A stretch of 63,053 bases of DNA, counting the filler, from Octopus bimaculoides (lineage: Eukaryota): the NCBI RefSeq assembly GCF_001194135.2. It is 4 parts of 3 records of this genome, joined end to end, with 100 filler letters (N's around TTAATTAATTAA, not from the genome) between each part and the next. Parts side by side here need not be neighbours in the genome. Positions count along the whole stretch, not along the records: positions 1 to 11,346 come from NC_068987.1; 3 more parts are not named here. One strand, given 5' to 3'. Within the stretch, counting starts at the first letter, position 1, and every line of letters begins with the position of its first letter. The translations under genes were made by a program, and so were the position numbers. A model generated the notes under the pieces. The model was not told the origin of the DNA. It saw only the letters and a list, made by a program, of their open reading frames with translations, and did not search any database. Shown here one piece after another: positions 1-11,446 of this stretch.

Positions 1-205
1 AAAACAAACACGTAATTTTCTTATGGTTTCTTAAACATTCTCTAGAACAACACTATGTACAAATCCAAATATATGGTACCCTAGGCATAACACCTACATG
101 AACTTCTAACTTGTTGTCTCTTGAGGTCTCTGGGTGAGACTTGGATCCAACTTGTACAAATGCAAAACAAAAGTCAAACATAAAATAATAATAATAATAA
201 TAATA
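1..205 (+). mobile_element. 3' UTR of an R4/Dong-like non-LTR retrotransposon ending in an (AAT)n tail
   Basis: Non-coding segment ending ...GAGGTCTCTGGGTGAGACTTGG...CAAAAGTCAAACATAAAAT(AAT)n. It resembles, from memory, a common octopus LINE 3' end, and Dong-type elements target TAA repeats. No ORF lies in the window, so the clade is not verified. Confidence 0.4.
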
Positions 206-365
206 ACAACAATATCGAAAAATACCTTAGGAATGAGAACCCAGGTTCGAAATTTCCCGAAGACCCCTGATGAAGGCTGGAGGGTATATCAGCCGAAACG
301 TTGTGTTAATAACAAACAAGATGAGGACAAATATCCGTCAAATATATATAATGTAAATAATGTAA
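206..365 (+). mobile_element. 3' half of a tRNA-headed SINE carrying a hammerhead-like tail
   Basis: Closely matches 50590-50746 (+) and the reverse complement of 50165-50330 (AATACCTT.GGAATGA.AACCCAGGTTCGAAATTTCCC...GATGAGGACAAATATCCGTC). Confidence 0.85.
262..307 (+). ncRNA. Minimal type I hammerhead ribozyme motif (PLE-type, palindromic stem III)
   Basis: GACCC-CTGATGA-A-GGCTG/CAGCC (stem II)-GAAA-C-GT-T-GTGTT. Stem I is GACCC/GTGTT with 1 mismatch. The AACGTT palindrome replaces stem III and the putative cleavage triplet is GUU. Confidence 0.6.
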
Positions 366-814
366 AAATGTAATGATTTAATATTGGCAACATATACAAA
401 AAGAAAAAAAAGGAAGAATTAAGAAATGGTTTTTGAATTCAGTATGAAAAGATGTCGTCTGCTCAGAGTTAATTGAGCGGAAGTAAAGATGTTCGCCGTT
501 GTTACTGGTTGAATTTAGAAATGTTAAGATATTGGTATACGTTTAGAATAAAATATACAGATTTAATAATGGTCTAGCATCAACGAATTTGGTTTTTTCA
601 ACGGAAAGAAAGAAAATACCAAATACAACAATAATTTGCTTTGAATACACTTCAATATGAATTATAAATATTGTCAATTTCCCCCCTTAGTAATCGATGG
701 CATGTTCGTTGCTGTTACCTTCATGGCTTCATAACCATACCATATGCAATGTCAACGATATATTTAAGTTAATGTAGTTTTGATGTTTTGCGTGCATACA
801 AAATTTGCATGTAT

Positions 815-920
<106 letters not shown>

Positions 921-1016
921 TATATGTATATAATATGTATGTATATTATATGTATGTATATGAATATGTAAATGAGTATGATTGTGGGTGTGTGAGGGTC
1001 TATTTATATAGATATA

Positions 1017-1867
1017 TGTGGTCTGATCAGTAAGTATCCGGACTGTTGCTATAGTAATGAAGCTAAAGCACACAGAATAAAGCCGTTTGGTACAGATTGA
1101 CCTTGAACCCTGCTATGCATGCGCACTTTAACATTCTAGCTTACGTCCGCTGTTTACAGCAGTGCTTAGAAGGAAGGTGTGTAGCGCGTGTTCGTCGCAT
1201 TGACCATGACAGAGAAAGTTGAGCAGAGAATCTGCATCAAATTTTGCCAAAAGCTTGGCGATACCTGCTCAGTTTTCAAAAAGTTTTCATCGTTCTCGAC
1301 AAAATCAAGGGGATCTTGTGCAACTGAAACCCAAGTGTCTTTTTGGTCAGCTGAAAGCAGTTTTGACACAAACTTGGCAGACATACGTCTCATACCTAAA
1401 TCTTCAGTGATAACGGACTGAACTCAACTGTAACTAATCTGGACATCCTCTGATAACTCACAGATGGTGATTCAACGATTTCCCCTCACAGTTGCACGCA
1501 CATCTGCGATGTTTTTATCAGTTCTGCTGGTTGCAGGTCTTCCAGAACGTTCATCAAAATCAACTTTTTTCGGCCATCTTGGAAACGTCTAAACGACTCG
1601 TGCACTTGTGTGTGACTCATGCACTTTCTGTAACTTTGTGTAGACCTTTGAGCAGGTATTGTCATGACAGCTTTTTCTGTCATGGTCAATGCGACGATCA
1701 CACGCTACATACATTCCTTCCAAGCACTGCTGTAAACAGTGGAAGTGAGCTAGAACGTTAAAACTTAGTGCGCATGCACAGCAGAGTTCAAGGTTAATCT
1801 TTGCCAAGCGGCTTTACTCTACTTTGTTACTATGACAATAGTTCGGATACTTATTGATCAGACCTCG
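1017..1867. mobile_element. Non-autonomous mariner derivative built from two 5' ends (foldback)
   Basis: TA-flanked TIRs TGTGGTCTGATCAGTAAGTATCCG and CGGATACTTATTGATCAGACCTCG. The + arm encodes MTEKVEQRICIKFCQKLGDTCS. The - arm encodes the mariner N-terminus ...RRFQDGR..DERSGRP...EDLGMRRMSAKFVSKLLS...FLK. No catalytic domain is present. Confidence 0.85.
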
Positions 1868-2300
1868 TATATTCGTATCATTAGGATTAAAGAAATATCG
1901 TTGGTACCCCACAATTATTTCGTGTTATGTCAAGTAACAAACAGATCACGCGAACAACTTACCATAAGTTTGAACACGTCAATTACTACAAATTTCTTAT
2001 ATCAGATGTGTTTCTTTACACCTTTTCTTTATCCAAAAAGTAGGCAGTATTAGAAGGACTTCTATAATGTTGTAAGTTTCTTGTCCACACACATTTACAT
2101 ATAACCATAAAATTGACTGTAAACCGAGTCAACGAATTAAAGGTTGTAAATCAAAAGGTGTTGAATTGTTTAGTTAACGTTTGTTGTTAAGAAATTATGG
2201 TGAAGTTTTGCCCGCCAAAACATCTCTGTGATAAGTGTTTTACAAAAAGGTGGAGTGCTGATAACGTATGACACTACTAGTTGTGATCTACAGAAATTTA

Positions 2301-3010
2301 TCTTATAATAAAAGAAATGTTTCTCTGCCCGTCCGCCTGTCGGTCAAACGCTGTTTCACTGATTTCGGAGAATTAATAGTGGTAATGTATTTTGGTAATT
2401 TTTTTCCTTTTTCTTGCTACTTCTGAAAATTTCGATATATTCTATTACGACGTCATGGTTCGCCGATTTCCATTACAAATACGTGGTTGATGATTGTCAA
2501 GTAATCTATTTGAAGAAACGGAATAAAAAAGCAGCCATCTTTCGCTTTAGGTATGCATAAAAGCGAGATTAAAAAACGAAAGAAAATTAGGTCGAGAATA
2601 TACATAAATAACTTTGGCTCTCTTAAGTAAGCAAAACGCCTGAATGCCTAAAAGTAGATTATTAAACGTCATTATAATACATTCTGTTTAACAGCATCGC
2701 TTAGTTAACTTACGAATCATCGTAGAAAATAAAATGTTTCTTATAAAGAGATACGCGTAAAATTTGATAATTGACAGCTCATTTCGTAGAGTAAAAAAAA
2801 TATATATAATTTGAAAGTTTACGGAAGACAACTTACTAATTTATGAATGGAGTTGTTTGTCCGATCAAATGAATGCATGTATAAGGGTACAGTTAACTAA
2901 ATGATGCTGTCGAGAAATAAAAACAAAAATTTATAATAATAATCTACATTTAAATATCTATTCATTTCACTTACTCAGAATAACCAAGTCTATTTTTCTA
3001 CATTCCTAGC
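2301..3010 (+). mobile_element. Possible non-autonomous Helitron-like element (5' end)
   Basis: A|TCTTATAATAAAAG...TCTCTGCCCGTCCGCCTGTC resembles Helitron 5' ends. The 3' CTAG/hairpin was not confidently located, so the right boundary is a guess. Confidence 0.25.
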
Positions 3011-3245
3011 TTCATTTTCTAAAGTGAAAGATCACCTCAAGAACATTGAATTTCTTTACGCTGCATATGTGAATGCAACGTCAGGGAAAATAAGTTTTGT
3101 GTTCTGTTTTTGGTCAAAGGATTTCTTTTCCTCGCACACCACCGAAAAAATAGCCATGAATATTTCAGTCTCAAATATAACAAGTTGTGTAATGAAAAGA
3201 TGCGGAGACTGGAAGGAAGAGAACGGTAATAATAATGACGAAGGT

Positions 3246-3307
3246 AGCACGCCGGGCAAAATACTTAGCGGCATTTCGCCCGCATTCACGTTCTGAGTTC
3301 AAATTCC
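3246..3307 (+). mobile_element. tRNA-derived SINE head fragment
   Basis: AGCACGCCGGGCAAAATACTTAGCGGCATTTCG...TTCTGAGTTCAAATTCC, with a B-box-like GTTCAAATTCC. Degenerate reverse copies lie near 39550-39620. Confidence 0.7.
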
Positions 3308-3678
3308 TATTTCGATTTATTGAATGCAATTCATTCTACCTCTTGAAACTACTTATTTCTGAGATGGGTAAACTATTGTATCCCACTCCTCCACAAAACC
3401 CTTCAGTCATTTAAGCAATTCTGCTTTTTTAAGGTAAATATATTATCTTCCACTTAAATATTTGCCGATATATGACTATTATGATTTTTTTTTTATGTCA
3501 TGAAAATATTCTTTATGATGATTAAAGATAATTCCTTGAAACTTATTTGTGTATACGTGAAGTTTTGATCAAGATATTTCACTGAGATGTTGATAATATT
3601 GTGGAGAAAATTATATAAAAAATTCCCAATGACAGTCATCGCCCACCACAAATACTAAAAATATGCGCACATATCATA

Positions 3679-3716
3679 GGCGCAGGAGTGACTGTGTGAT
3701 AAGAAGCTTGCTTCCC
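3679..3716 (+). mobile_element. Truncated tRNA-derived SINE head
   Basis: GGCGCAGGAGTGACTGTGTGATAAGAAGCTTGCTTCCC matches the head of the SINE family seen at 13432-13850 and in reverse at 23690-23760. It stops abruptly. Confidence 0.6.
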
Positions 3717-3822
3717 GCGCATGCGTCGGTCTATTCGCTGTGTTGATTTTTGACGAGACGGACGGAATTTTTTGAGCTGCTTGGCAGCGGTTTGTCGGTG
3801 AGTGTTGTACCGGTGGAAAGGA

Positions 3823-4716
3823 ATGTATTCGGACCTTAGTGAGTATGAACTGTCCTCAGTGGAGGAAGAGCTCGTTAAGGCGGTAAATAGAATGAACGAG
3901 CATTTGGAAAGAGTAAAGAGTTTTTCTGAGGCTGCAGAGCTGAAGAAAATGGAGGTGGACCTAGCCGGGCTGAACGAGCTGTGTAAGATGACACAGAAGG
4001 TGGGCGGTGACGTAAAGTTATTACCCCCGAAAAGGGTCATGGAAAATATGGAAAGGAAGACCATTATCTACAAGGTGTACTCAGTGGAGAGTAGGAAGGT
4101 GGAGCGGATGGAGATGGAAAAAGTAGAAAAAGCTTTGAAGGGGCTTTCGAAGGAAGTGACATACATAGCAAAAGGAAATGGATATGGGACGGTGGTTGTC
4201 CAGTTTAGGACAGCGGAGGAGGCAAAGAGGTTGGTGAATGCAGCTGTAAAAATGGAGAAAGTAGTACTTCTATCCACGTACCTTGGAAGAAAGACTTCTA
4301 AGGTGAGTGTAGAAGGAATCCCATCCGATATAGAAGTGGCTTGGGTTGCGGCAGCCGTCCTCGTTGGTAGTGAGGAGGAGGTGGCTGTCCTCCAAGCCAC
4401 AGAGATGGAGGAAGGGGGATATAGAGGAAAAAAAAAAACATTGGAAATCATCATACAAGCGGAGGCGAAACAATTGGAAAATTTGGCGGAGACGGTGACG
4501 TTGGGAGAAATAGTTTTGAGAGTATGGGTAGAGGGTAGAGTTCCACGATGCTTTAAATGTGGCCAAAAAGGCCACATTCGAGCTCACTGCCCTCTACAGA
4601 GGAAAACGACAGAAGAAGCGGTGCTGGAGACGGAGGAGAAAAAGGAAGAAGTACAGATTGATGGAAGGAACAAGAAGGATGAATGGACAGTGACAGAGAA
4701 TAAAAGGAAGAAGTGA
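3823..4716 (+). CDS. Retrotransposon ORF1/gag-like protein with RRM-like segment and CCHC zinc knuckle (Tx1/L1-like)
   Basis: Uninterrupted ORF of about 297 codons from ATG 3823. It has a C-X2-C-X4-H-X4-C knuckle (RCFKCGQKGHIRAHC), a GYGTVVVQF RRM-like strand, and a K/E-rich tail. ORF2 is not visible because a gap starts at 4802. Confidence 0.75.
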   Translation: MYSDLSEYELSSVEEELVKAVNRMNEHLERVKSFSEAAELKKMEVDLAGLNELCKMTQKVGGDVKLLPPKRVMENMERKTIIYKVYSVESRKVERMEMEKVEKALKGLSKEVTYIAKGNGYGTVVVQFRTAEEAKRLVNAAVKMEKVVLLSTYLGRKTSKVSVEGIPSDIEVAWVAAAVLVGSEEEVAVLQATEMEEGGYRGKKKTLEIIIQAEAKQLENLAETVTLGEIVLRVWVEGRVPRCFKCGQKGHIRAHCPLQRKTTEEAVLETEEKKEEVQIDGRNKKDEWTVTENKRKK

Positions 4717-4902
4717 AAGAAGAGGAAGATCAGTTAGTGTGATGTGGTATTCCAGACCAACTCTATCCCACCCAAGACCACTCAGACATACCCTCCCCAT
4801 ANNNNNNNNNNNNNNNNNNNNNNNNNNNNNNNNNNNNNNNNNNNNNNNNNNNNNNNNNNNNNNNNNNNNNNNNNNNNNNNNNNNNNNNNNNNNNNNNNNN
4901 NA

Positions 4903-7098
4903 TCATTGCTGAATTTCCAATCTGATTCATCTAATAATGCTAAACAGAAGAAAATTGCGAACGAAGTTTCGCAGCTCAAGGGAGGTTTTGCAAAGTCTTT
5001 GACATCCTCATTGGATGATCTTGGACAGGTCGACTGTCAACCAGTGCAGCCAGTTCTAGCGAAGTTTGATCCAAAAATTTATGGAAATCAGAGACGTGAC
5101 TTCTCGTTAAGCTGGTATACTGGCCGTCCATGATTAGAGTATTCTCTTTCAAAGAAATCCCTGTTTTGTTTTGCTTGTCGGCACTTTAATATTTCTGCTC
5201 AAGCTGATACTTGTTTTATTAAAAATGGATATTGTAATTGGCATCATGCAAAAGAAAAAAACAAAGGTTTAAATAAGCACGCAAACTCTGCATCCCATAT
5301 CCAAGCTATGGTAACATGAAAGGAATGCCAACAGCGTTTATCCACAACAACATCCATGTCTTCAAATCTTGGAAAACGATCAGTTGAGCAAAAACCGTTA
5401 TTATATCAGTTCCATTGTTGATATTGTTCATTTTCTTTGTGCAAACGAATTGCCTTTTCGAGGAAACGAAAATGAAGCTTTTCGGGATCTTTATTCGGAA
5501 GATGACACGCAGCCTTGTGGTCTTTTCATGAAATTATTCCTGTACACATTAGAGAAAGACTCAAAGCTAATGGAATGTTACAGCACGATTCCAAAAAATG
5601 CGACCTCAGCAGCAATGCAAAACGAAATCATCGAATTGTTGAGAAGACACACTGTCAGCCTCGTGGTTGATGAAATAAAATGTTCTGATGTTCCTTATTT
5701 TACGCTGAAATGTGACGGAACGCGTGATTTGAGTAATACTGAAAATCTTGCAATTGTTATTAGGTACTTGAAAAACGGCAGGGTCCTGGAAAAGTTAGCT
5801 GCGATGCCAACTACTCAACATTATGATGCTGAAACATTGGCCGACTTGATAATTAAGGATTTAACCAACCTTTGCATTGACCCAAAGCGTATGTTGTCAC
5901 AATGCTATGATGGTGCTTCTGTGATGTCTGGCAAAATAGGTGGCGTGCAAAGAAAGATTCAGAATCGACTTGAGAAAGATATACCCTATGTTCATTGCCT
6001 TTCCATCTTGTCGTGGTTAACACAATAAAGCGGATTCCGGAGTTAGCTACGTTCTTCGACACCTTTAATATTCTTCATAATTTTATTAAACGACCAAAGA
6101 TAGCTAGTCTTTGCAAAGGATTGAAGTTGCCACGTTTTATGGAGCATAGGTGGTTGGGTCATTTCACTGCCATTGCTTCTGTAATAGAAAATCCCTCCGA
6201 AATTGTTGGTTCGCTAACAGAATGCACAGATTCGTCAGATTCAAAAACGTGTATAGAGGCAACTGGAATTTTACATCAATTTCGTTCCCCAAAGTTTGTT
6301 TTTCTAGCCCTTGTTCTTAGCAAATTTCTGAATATAATTAGACCAGTATACAAACAGCTTCAGAGTCACAAATGTGATATATACCATGGCCTTGGGCTTC
6401 TTAAGATTGCCAAGATTGAAATAGCCAAACTAAGAAACTCTTTAATATTTGATGAGATTCTAAAACAAATGAGTCAATTTAATATTATTGTGGAACGCAT
6501 ACGTCGAAAAGCTTGCGAGTCCCGACGTTTTTCAGATTATGTTGTTGAAGCCCTGATACCATCACAAGTTGACTGGATAACCTTTCACCGCAAAATTTAT
6601 TTCGCGATCATCGACGGAAGCTTGGGAGAGCTAGATAATAGATTTTCAGAGCAAAACGATAGTATATATTCTTCCTTGGCAAGTTTACTACCAACGTCCG
6701 AGACATTTTTGAATTTTGATGCTTTAAAACCTTTGAGCAATTTAGTTAATTGTGATAAATCGGCCTTACTTTCTGAACTTACTGTAGCTAAAGCATACAT
6801 TTCCAAACAAAATATGATGACACTGCTTAATATTTTGGGATCTTTACGTATTGTACAGGATGCCTTTCCAAATATTTATCTTTAGTATGGTGCAGCATTA
6901 ACATTTGGATCTAGCACAGCTACATGTGAATCATCGTTTTCGACGCTAACTCGAATTATGACACCCTTTCGACGAAATATGAAGCACCAGCGAAAATCAA
7001 GCCTCGTGATACTTGCTTCCCTTAGTAAATACAAATCAAGTATAGGCAAGGACGATTTTCTTAATTTTTTACCTTGCGCTGCCGTAGATTGCAGTTGA
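4903..7098 (+). pseudogene. hAT-family transposase (ZMYM1-like: TTF zinc finger, DUF4371-like region, C-terminal dimerisation domain), degraded
   Basis: FSLSWY...LEYS..K.SLFCFAC (TTF ZnF), FL..NELPFRG, YFTLKCDGTRDLS, SQCYDGASVMSG, YVHC, and TATCESSFSTL (hATC-like). There are several stops (e.g. TGA near 5131 and 5317, TAG 6883) and frameshifts near 5370 and 6000. Confidence 0.9.
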
Positions 7099-8268
7099 AT
7101 TAAATAAATGTAACCTGATTTTATTTTGTGTTCTGAATTTTTTGAGAGACTTGTGTCGTACAGTTCTCGTACGACATAATAAAATAATACATTAAGTCCG
7201 TTTAAGAAATAGTACTAGATATTTGTCCGCTCACCAGTACTACTCGAACTTCCGAGTCGACACATTGCTCATGAGCTGTCGGGTCAAGGCCGACCTACCG
7301 TCAACCCATTGGCATTACTCCATTATATTTATCCTGGTGGACTAATCCATCCGTTCTACCTTGGGGTGTTCTATTTCGACACAACAGAGACATAATCAAA
7401 TTTTATAAACAGTACGGTTTTTAGAGTTCTGTTCAGCAGGGCTAATACAAAAGACCCTTAGGAAAAAAGTCCCCTAAGACAAAAGCCCCTCAAACAAACC
7501 CCCCCATAATTAAAGTGTGAAAGTGTTTTTTTTCACAACCACGGTTTCCGTTTTTGAAATTATATAAAAATAATGTTTAAAGATTTGGCTGTTATGTCTA
7601 GCATGTGAAAAGACCTTTTAGGCTTAACTATGTGCTTATTGAAAATCATTAAAAAAAATATTGGAGTCGATACATTCGACTAAAAATTCTTCGAGGTGAT
7701 GCCCCAGCATGGCCTCAGTTTAATGATTCCAACAAGTAAAATGAAAATAAAAACGAAATATATGAGAAGTTTTGACCAGGCTAGGCGTCAAGAAATGTGA
7801 GAAAAAAAAAAAACGAAAAAAATAACCGAAAGATATAAGCATGGGGCTTTTGTCCACTTTCACACNNNNNNNNNNNNNNNNNNNNNNNNNNNNNNNNNNN
7901 NNNNNNNNNNNNNNNNNNNNNNNNNNNNNNNNNNNNNNNNNNNNNNNNNNNNNNNNNNNNNNNNNNNNNNNNNNNNNNNNNNNNNNNNNNNNNNNNNNNN
8001 NNNNNNNNNNNNNNNNNNNNNNNNNNNNNNNNNNNNNNNNNNNNNNNNNNNNNNNNNNNNNNNNNNNNNNNNNNNNNNNNNNNNNNNNNNNNNNNNNNNN
8101 NNNNNNNNNNNNNNNNNNNNNNNNNNNNNNNNNNNNNNNNNNNNNNNNNNNNNNNNNNNNNNNNNNNNNNNNNNNNNNNNNNNNNNNNNNNNNNNNNNNN
8201 NNNNNNNNNNNNNNNNNNNNNNNNNNNNNNNNNNNNNNNNNNNNNNNNNNNNNNNNNNNNNNNNNNNN

Positions 8269-8309
<41 letters not shown>

Positions 8310-8311
<2 letters not shown>

Positions 8312-8520
8312 TTGTATGTCTGTGTTTGTCCCCCTACCATTGCTTGACAACCGATGCTGGTGTATTTACGTCCTCATAACTTAGCGGTTCGGCCACACAA
8401 AGCGATAGAATAAGTACTGCGCTTACAGAAAATAAGTCCTGAGGTCGATTTGTTTGACTAAAGGCGGTGCTCCAGCATGGCCACAGTCAAACGACTGAAA
8501 CAAATAAAAAATAAAAGAAT
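8310..8520 (+). mobile_element. SINE body and tail (GGCGGTGCTCCAGCATGGCC.CAGTC family)
   Basis: Recurs in reverse at 16383-16570, 23445-23620, 38745-38950, 42995-43215 and 57520-57655. It ends in an (AATAAA)-like tail. Confidence 0.8.
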
Positions 8521-9270
8521 ATCCACAAATGTGAGAGGATGTATATGGTTGCCCAACCTGCTAAAATTAGCAGCTAAGTCTCCTTCAAATAATCTTAAAC
8601 AAAATCGAAATGATCAAAAGAGAACCTTGACTAGGAACGCTGTTTACGGACAAGACATCTAAGTAAATTCAAATATTGTTCTATGCATAGACTGAGCTTA
8701 CAGAATATGAAATAAAATATTTTTGAAGTAAACATTTTTAGTTAAACAATATTAAAAGATTATTTATTAAGCCTTTGCTGAGAAAGACAACCACAAGTTC
8801 AATAATATATCTAATCAAAAAGTGCATAATATAATGAAAATTTTTCTGAAAATGAAAATAGAGGTAAAGTTAATAACAATCTAATTTTTCCATAGACTCG
8901 TTGTATTTAAACTGAATATATTTTATATTAATAGTAGTCTTTTGAGTGGACAAACAATTTAAATTAAAAATCTTTACTATCTTGCTGTAGGCAAAGTGAC
9001 GAGGATAGGTTTGATAAGATATTAAAAGCAGAAAAAATTTCAGTTATTTGGTATCTGCGAACATCATTTAGCTAGCATTAGAGAAAACGGAACAATAACA
9101 ATCACGTAACTAAATGAAATGTTATCAAGGTGAGATAACATCACAGATAAAAACATTCGAGGATATTAAGATAACATTCTAAAAATGCATATGTTCATAT
9201 ATGAACATGTTTGTATATATTTTATATATCTATATCTGTCTGCCTGTGTCTGTATATTTATCTTCATATG

Positions 9271-9302
<32 letters not shown>

Positions 9303-9384
9303 CCTGTATGTGTTTGTATGTGAGTGTGTGTGAGTGTGCGTGTGTGTACATGTGTGTATGTATATATATATATATGTGTATATA

Positions 9385-9451
<67 letters not shown>

Positions 9452-9512
9452 AAATGATGTGTTATAACACTATTCCACATAAACAAAACAGCCATACCAA
9501 CAATCCAACATG

Positions 9513-9571
9513 CCTTCATCATCAGCTGCCCCACGGATATCATTATGGTTTCGATACCTGGGCAGTACCAT
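9513..9571 (-). ncRNA. Candidate non-circularly permuted hammerhead ribozyme (family A)
   Basis: Minus strand: ATGGT-A-CTGCCC-A-GGTATC-GAA-ACCAT-13 nt-GGGCAG-CTGATGA-T-GAAGGC. P3 is ATGGT/ACCAT, P1 is CTGCCC/GGGCAG, and P2 pairs at 4 of 6 positions. Confidence 0.6.
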
Positions 9572-10244
9572 TCAATCTGGCAGTGTCAACAGCACTAAAA
9601 GAAGTGTTGTTTGGGAACAAACATACAAAAAAAAAAACACAACTTACAAACACATTTATCCTTTGTACAGCAGTATTCAATCTAAATATAGGCAGGATTA
9701 AACACTAACTTTAAAATTAAACTACAACAAGAAACAATCTATGTACATCTGTATTGGTATTAATAGTAAACCTACAATAACTAAATTATATACTAAATAG
9801 CGACCAATATTTAAGTCCATACAAATAATAATCCTACTAGTCTTCCATAATTAGTACTATAATAAAAGAAAGTGAAAGCTTTATTTCAATTCTCTCCAAA
9901 ACAAAACACGATTGAATTTAATTTAACGAATAATATAATAACTTCTGAGTGAAATACATTATTTCATAATTCAAAAGTTAATAATAAGAACACTACATAC
10001 TCTGAATATATTTTACCCTTACAAGCTATAATGTAAACTTATCAGTTACTAATAGGAACATTGAATTTATTAAATAGGAACTAATAAAAGTATACTTGTA
10101 ATTAACTATTATTATAAAACTTTGCTACGAATAAAGCTAAATTAAAACTGCTTAAAACTTACATGTCTTTTTCAAAACACATGGTTCCATCACTTCTAGA
10201 ACCTAAAAGATTATCTTAACTATAGATGACGTAGTACGTAACTA

Positions 10245-10545
10245 CTACTTCCTCAATTGTCTCAAACAATATCGGTGACGTAGTAAGCAAATAACTTGAG
10301 TCATAAACATACCAAATCTGTACAAATATTTGCTAAGTTGAAGACTAGATACTACCCCATATTTATTTAAAATTTCAAGTCTCTCACCTAAGCAGTGATG
10401 AAAAGTTTTAACCAATTTATCATATCTATACCCTTGTTTTATTAAATGTCTTAACAGTTTATTTATTCTATACAAAAATTTATTAGCATTATTAATAGTA
10501 GTACTATATCTGACTATTTGCCTTGCAAAAGCACCATCTATATAT
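10245..10545 (-). pseudogene. Penelope-like element (Naiad-like) RT C-terminal fragment
   Basis: GAFARQIVRYSTTINNANKFLYRINKLLRHLIKQGYRYDKLVKTF resembles the PLE thumb pattern (Q-L-I-R-Y...L..QGY....L...F) typical of Naiad-like elements. It is 5'-truncated. Confidence 0.6.
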
Positions 10546-11346
10546 ATATAGCTGAGTTTGTGAGTGTGTGTGTATGTGTATCCAATTCATACATTTACAC
10601 AATTCCAAATTTCTTGAATGAAACAATCGGAATTAATATTCTAAATACCATAACCTAGGTAACTGCGTCATTTTTTCCGTCAAAATCAATCACAGTTACC
10701 AATAAAATCCATTAAACTGCGCAAAATAAAATTCCCCCCTCTAATAAAACCTAAATTTCCTCTTCCTACGACCTTTACAAATCCTTTCAACTCCTACTTT
10801 CTCTTATGAACGTTTATGAACGATAACTCTTACTTTCTCTTATGCATACTAAGTCATAGATTAAACTTTTGTTTTAGTTACGCTGTATGTAAACAAACAA
10901 GTTTGTTTTTCGAAGCGTTGAAATGTACGGTAATACAAGTAGAAAGATAGATTTTATTCAACGCATACATACTGAACAGTATACATATAAGGGATAAAAT
11001 CCTTTTTTCTTTTTAAAAGCATCTATTACACTATTTTCCTTTTGTTTCTTGACTCCCGTAAGGCGTCTCAGAACATTCACGCTTTAGTTTGACCGACAGG
11101 ACTACGTTACACTAATTATATGTAAACCAACGAATTCAATTACAAATACATTTTCTGTTTCAAAACGCTACCAATATAAATGGATGCTTCATTACTATTT
11201 ATATGTTTCAACTACAAAACATAATATCGGCCTGAAATACACATGAGCAGCTTCCATTTCCAACTTTGTTAACTACACACCCTTTCGTACGGTATTTTTC
11301 AATCCGAAACCATACGTTGCTCTTATTTTCTTCATCACATTCCTTA
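10537..11346 (+). mobile_element. Possible non-autonomous Helitron-like element abutting the PLE fragment
   Basis: A|TCTATATATATATAGCTGAGTTTGTGAGTGTGTGTG is a typical Helitron-like 5' end. The 3' end is lost at the scaffold join. Confidence 0.35.
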
Positions 11347-11446
11347 NNNNNNNNNNNNNNNNNNNNNNNNNNNNNNNNNNNNNNNNNNNNTTAATTAATT
11401 AANNNNNNNNNNNNNNNNNNNNNNNNNNNNNNNNNNNNNNNNNNNN
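11347..11446. other. Artificial scaffold-join linker
   Basis: Exactly 44 N + TTAATTAATTAA (stops in all six frames) + 44 N. It is identical at 42154-42253 and 61782-61881. Confidence 0.95.

Noticed and set aside
7440-7700. Mutator-like subterminal repeats (GGAAAAAAGTCCCC, GACAAAAGCCCC) as the hAT right end
   Set aside because: There is no matching TIR in the window and the hAT left end is in a gap, so it cannot be assigned.
9480-10240. SECIS element downstream of the Naiad-like fragment (some Naiads encode selenoproteins)
   Set aside because: No AUGA-N11/12-AA...GA arrangement with a supporting stem was found by eye.
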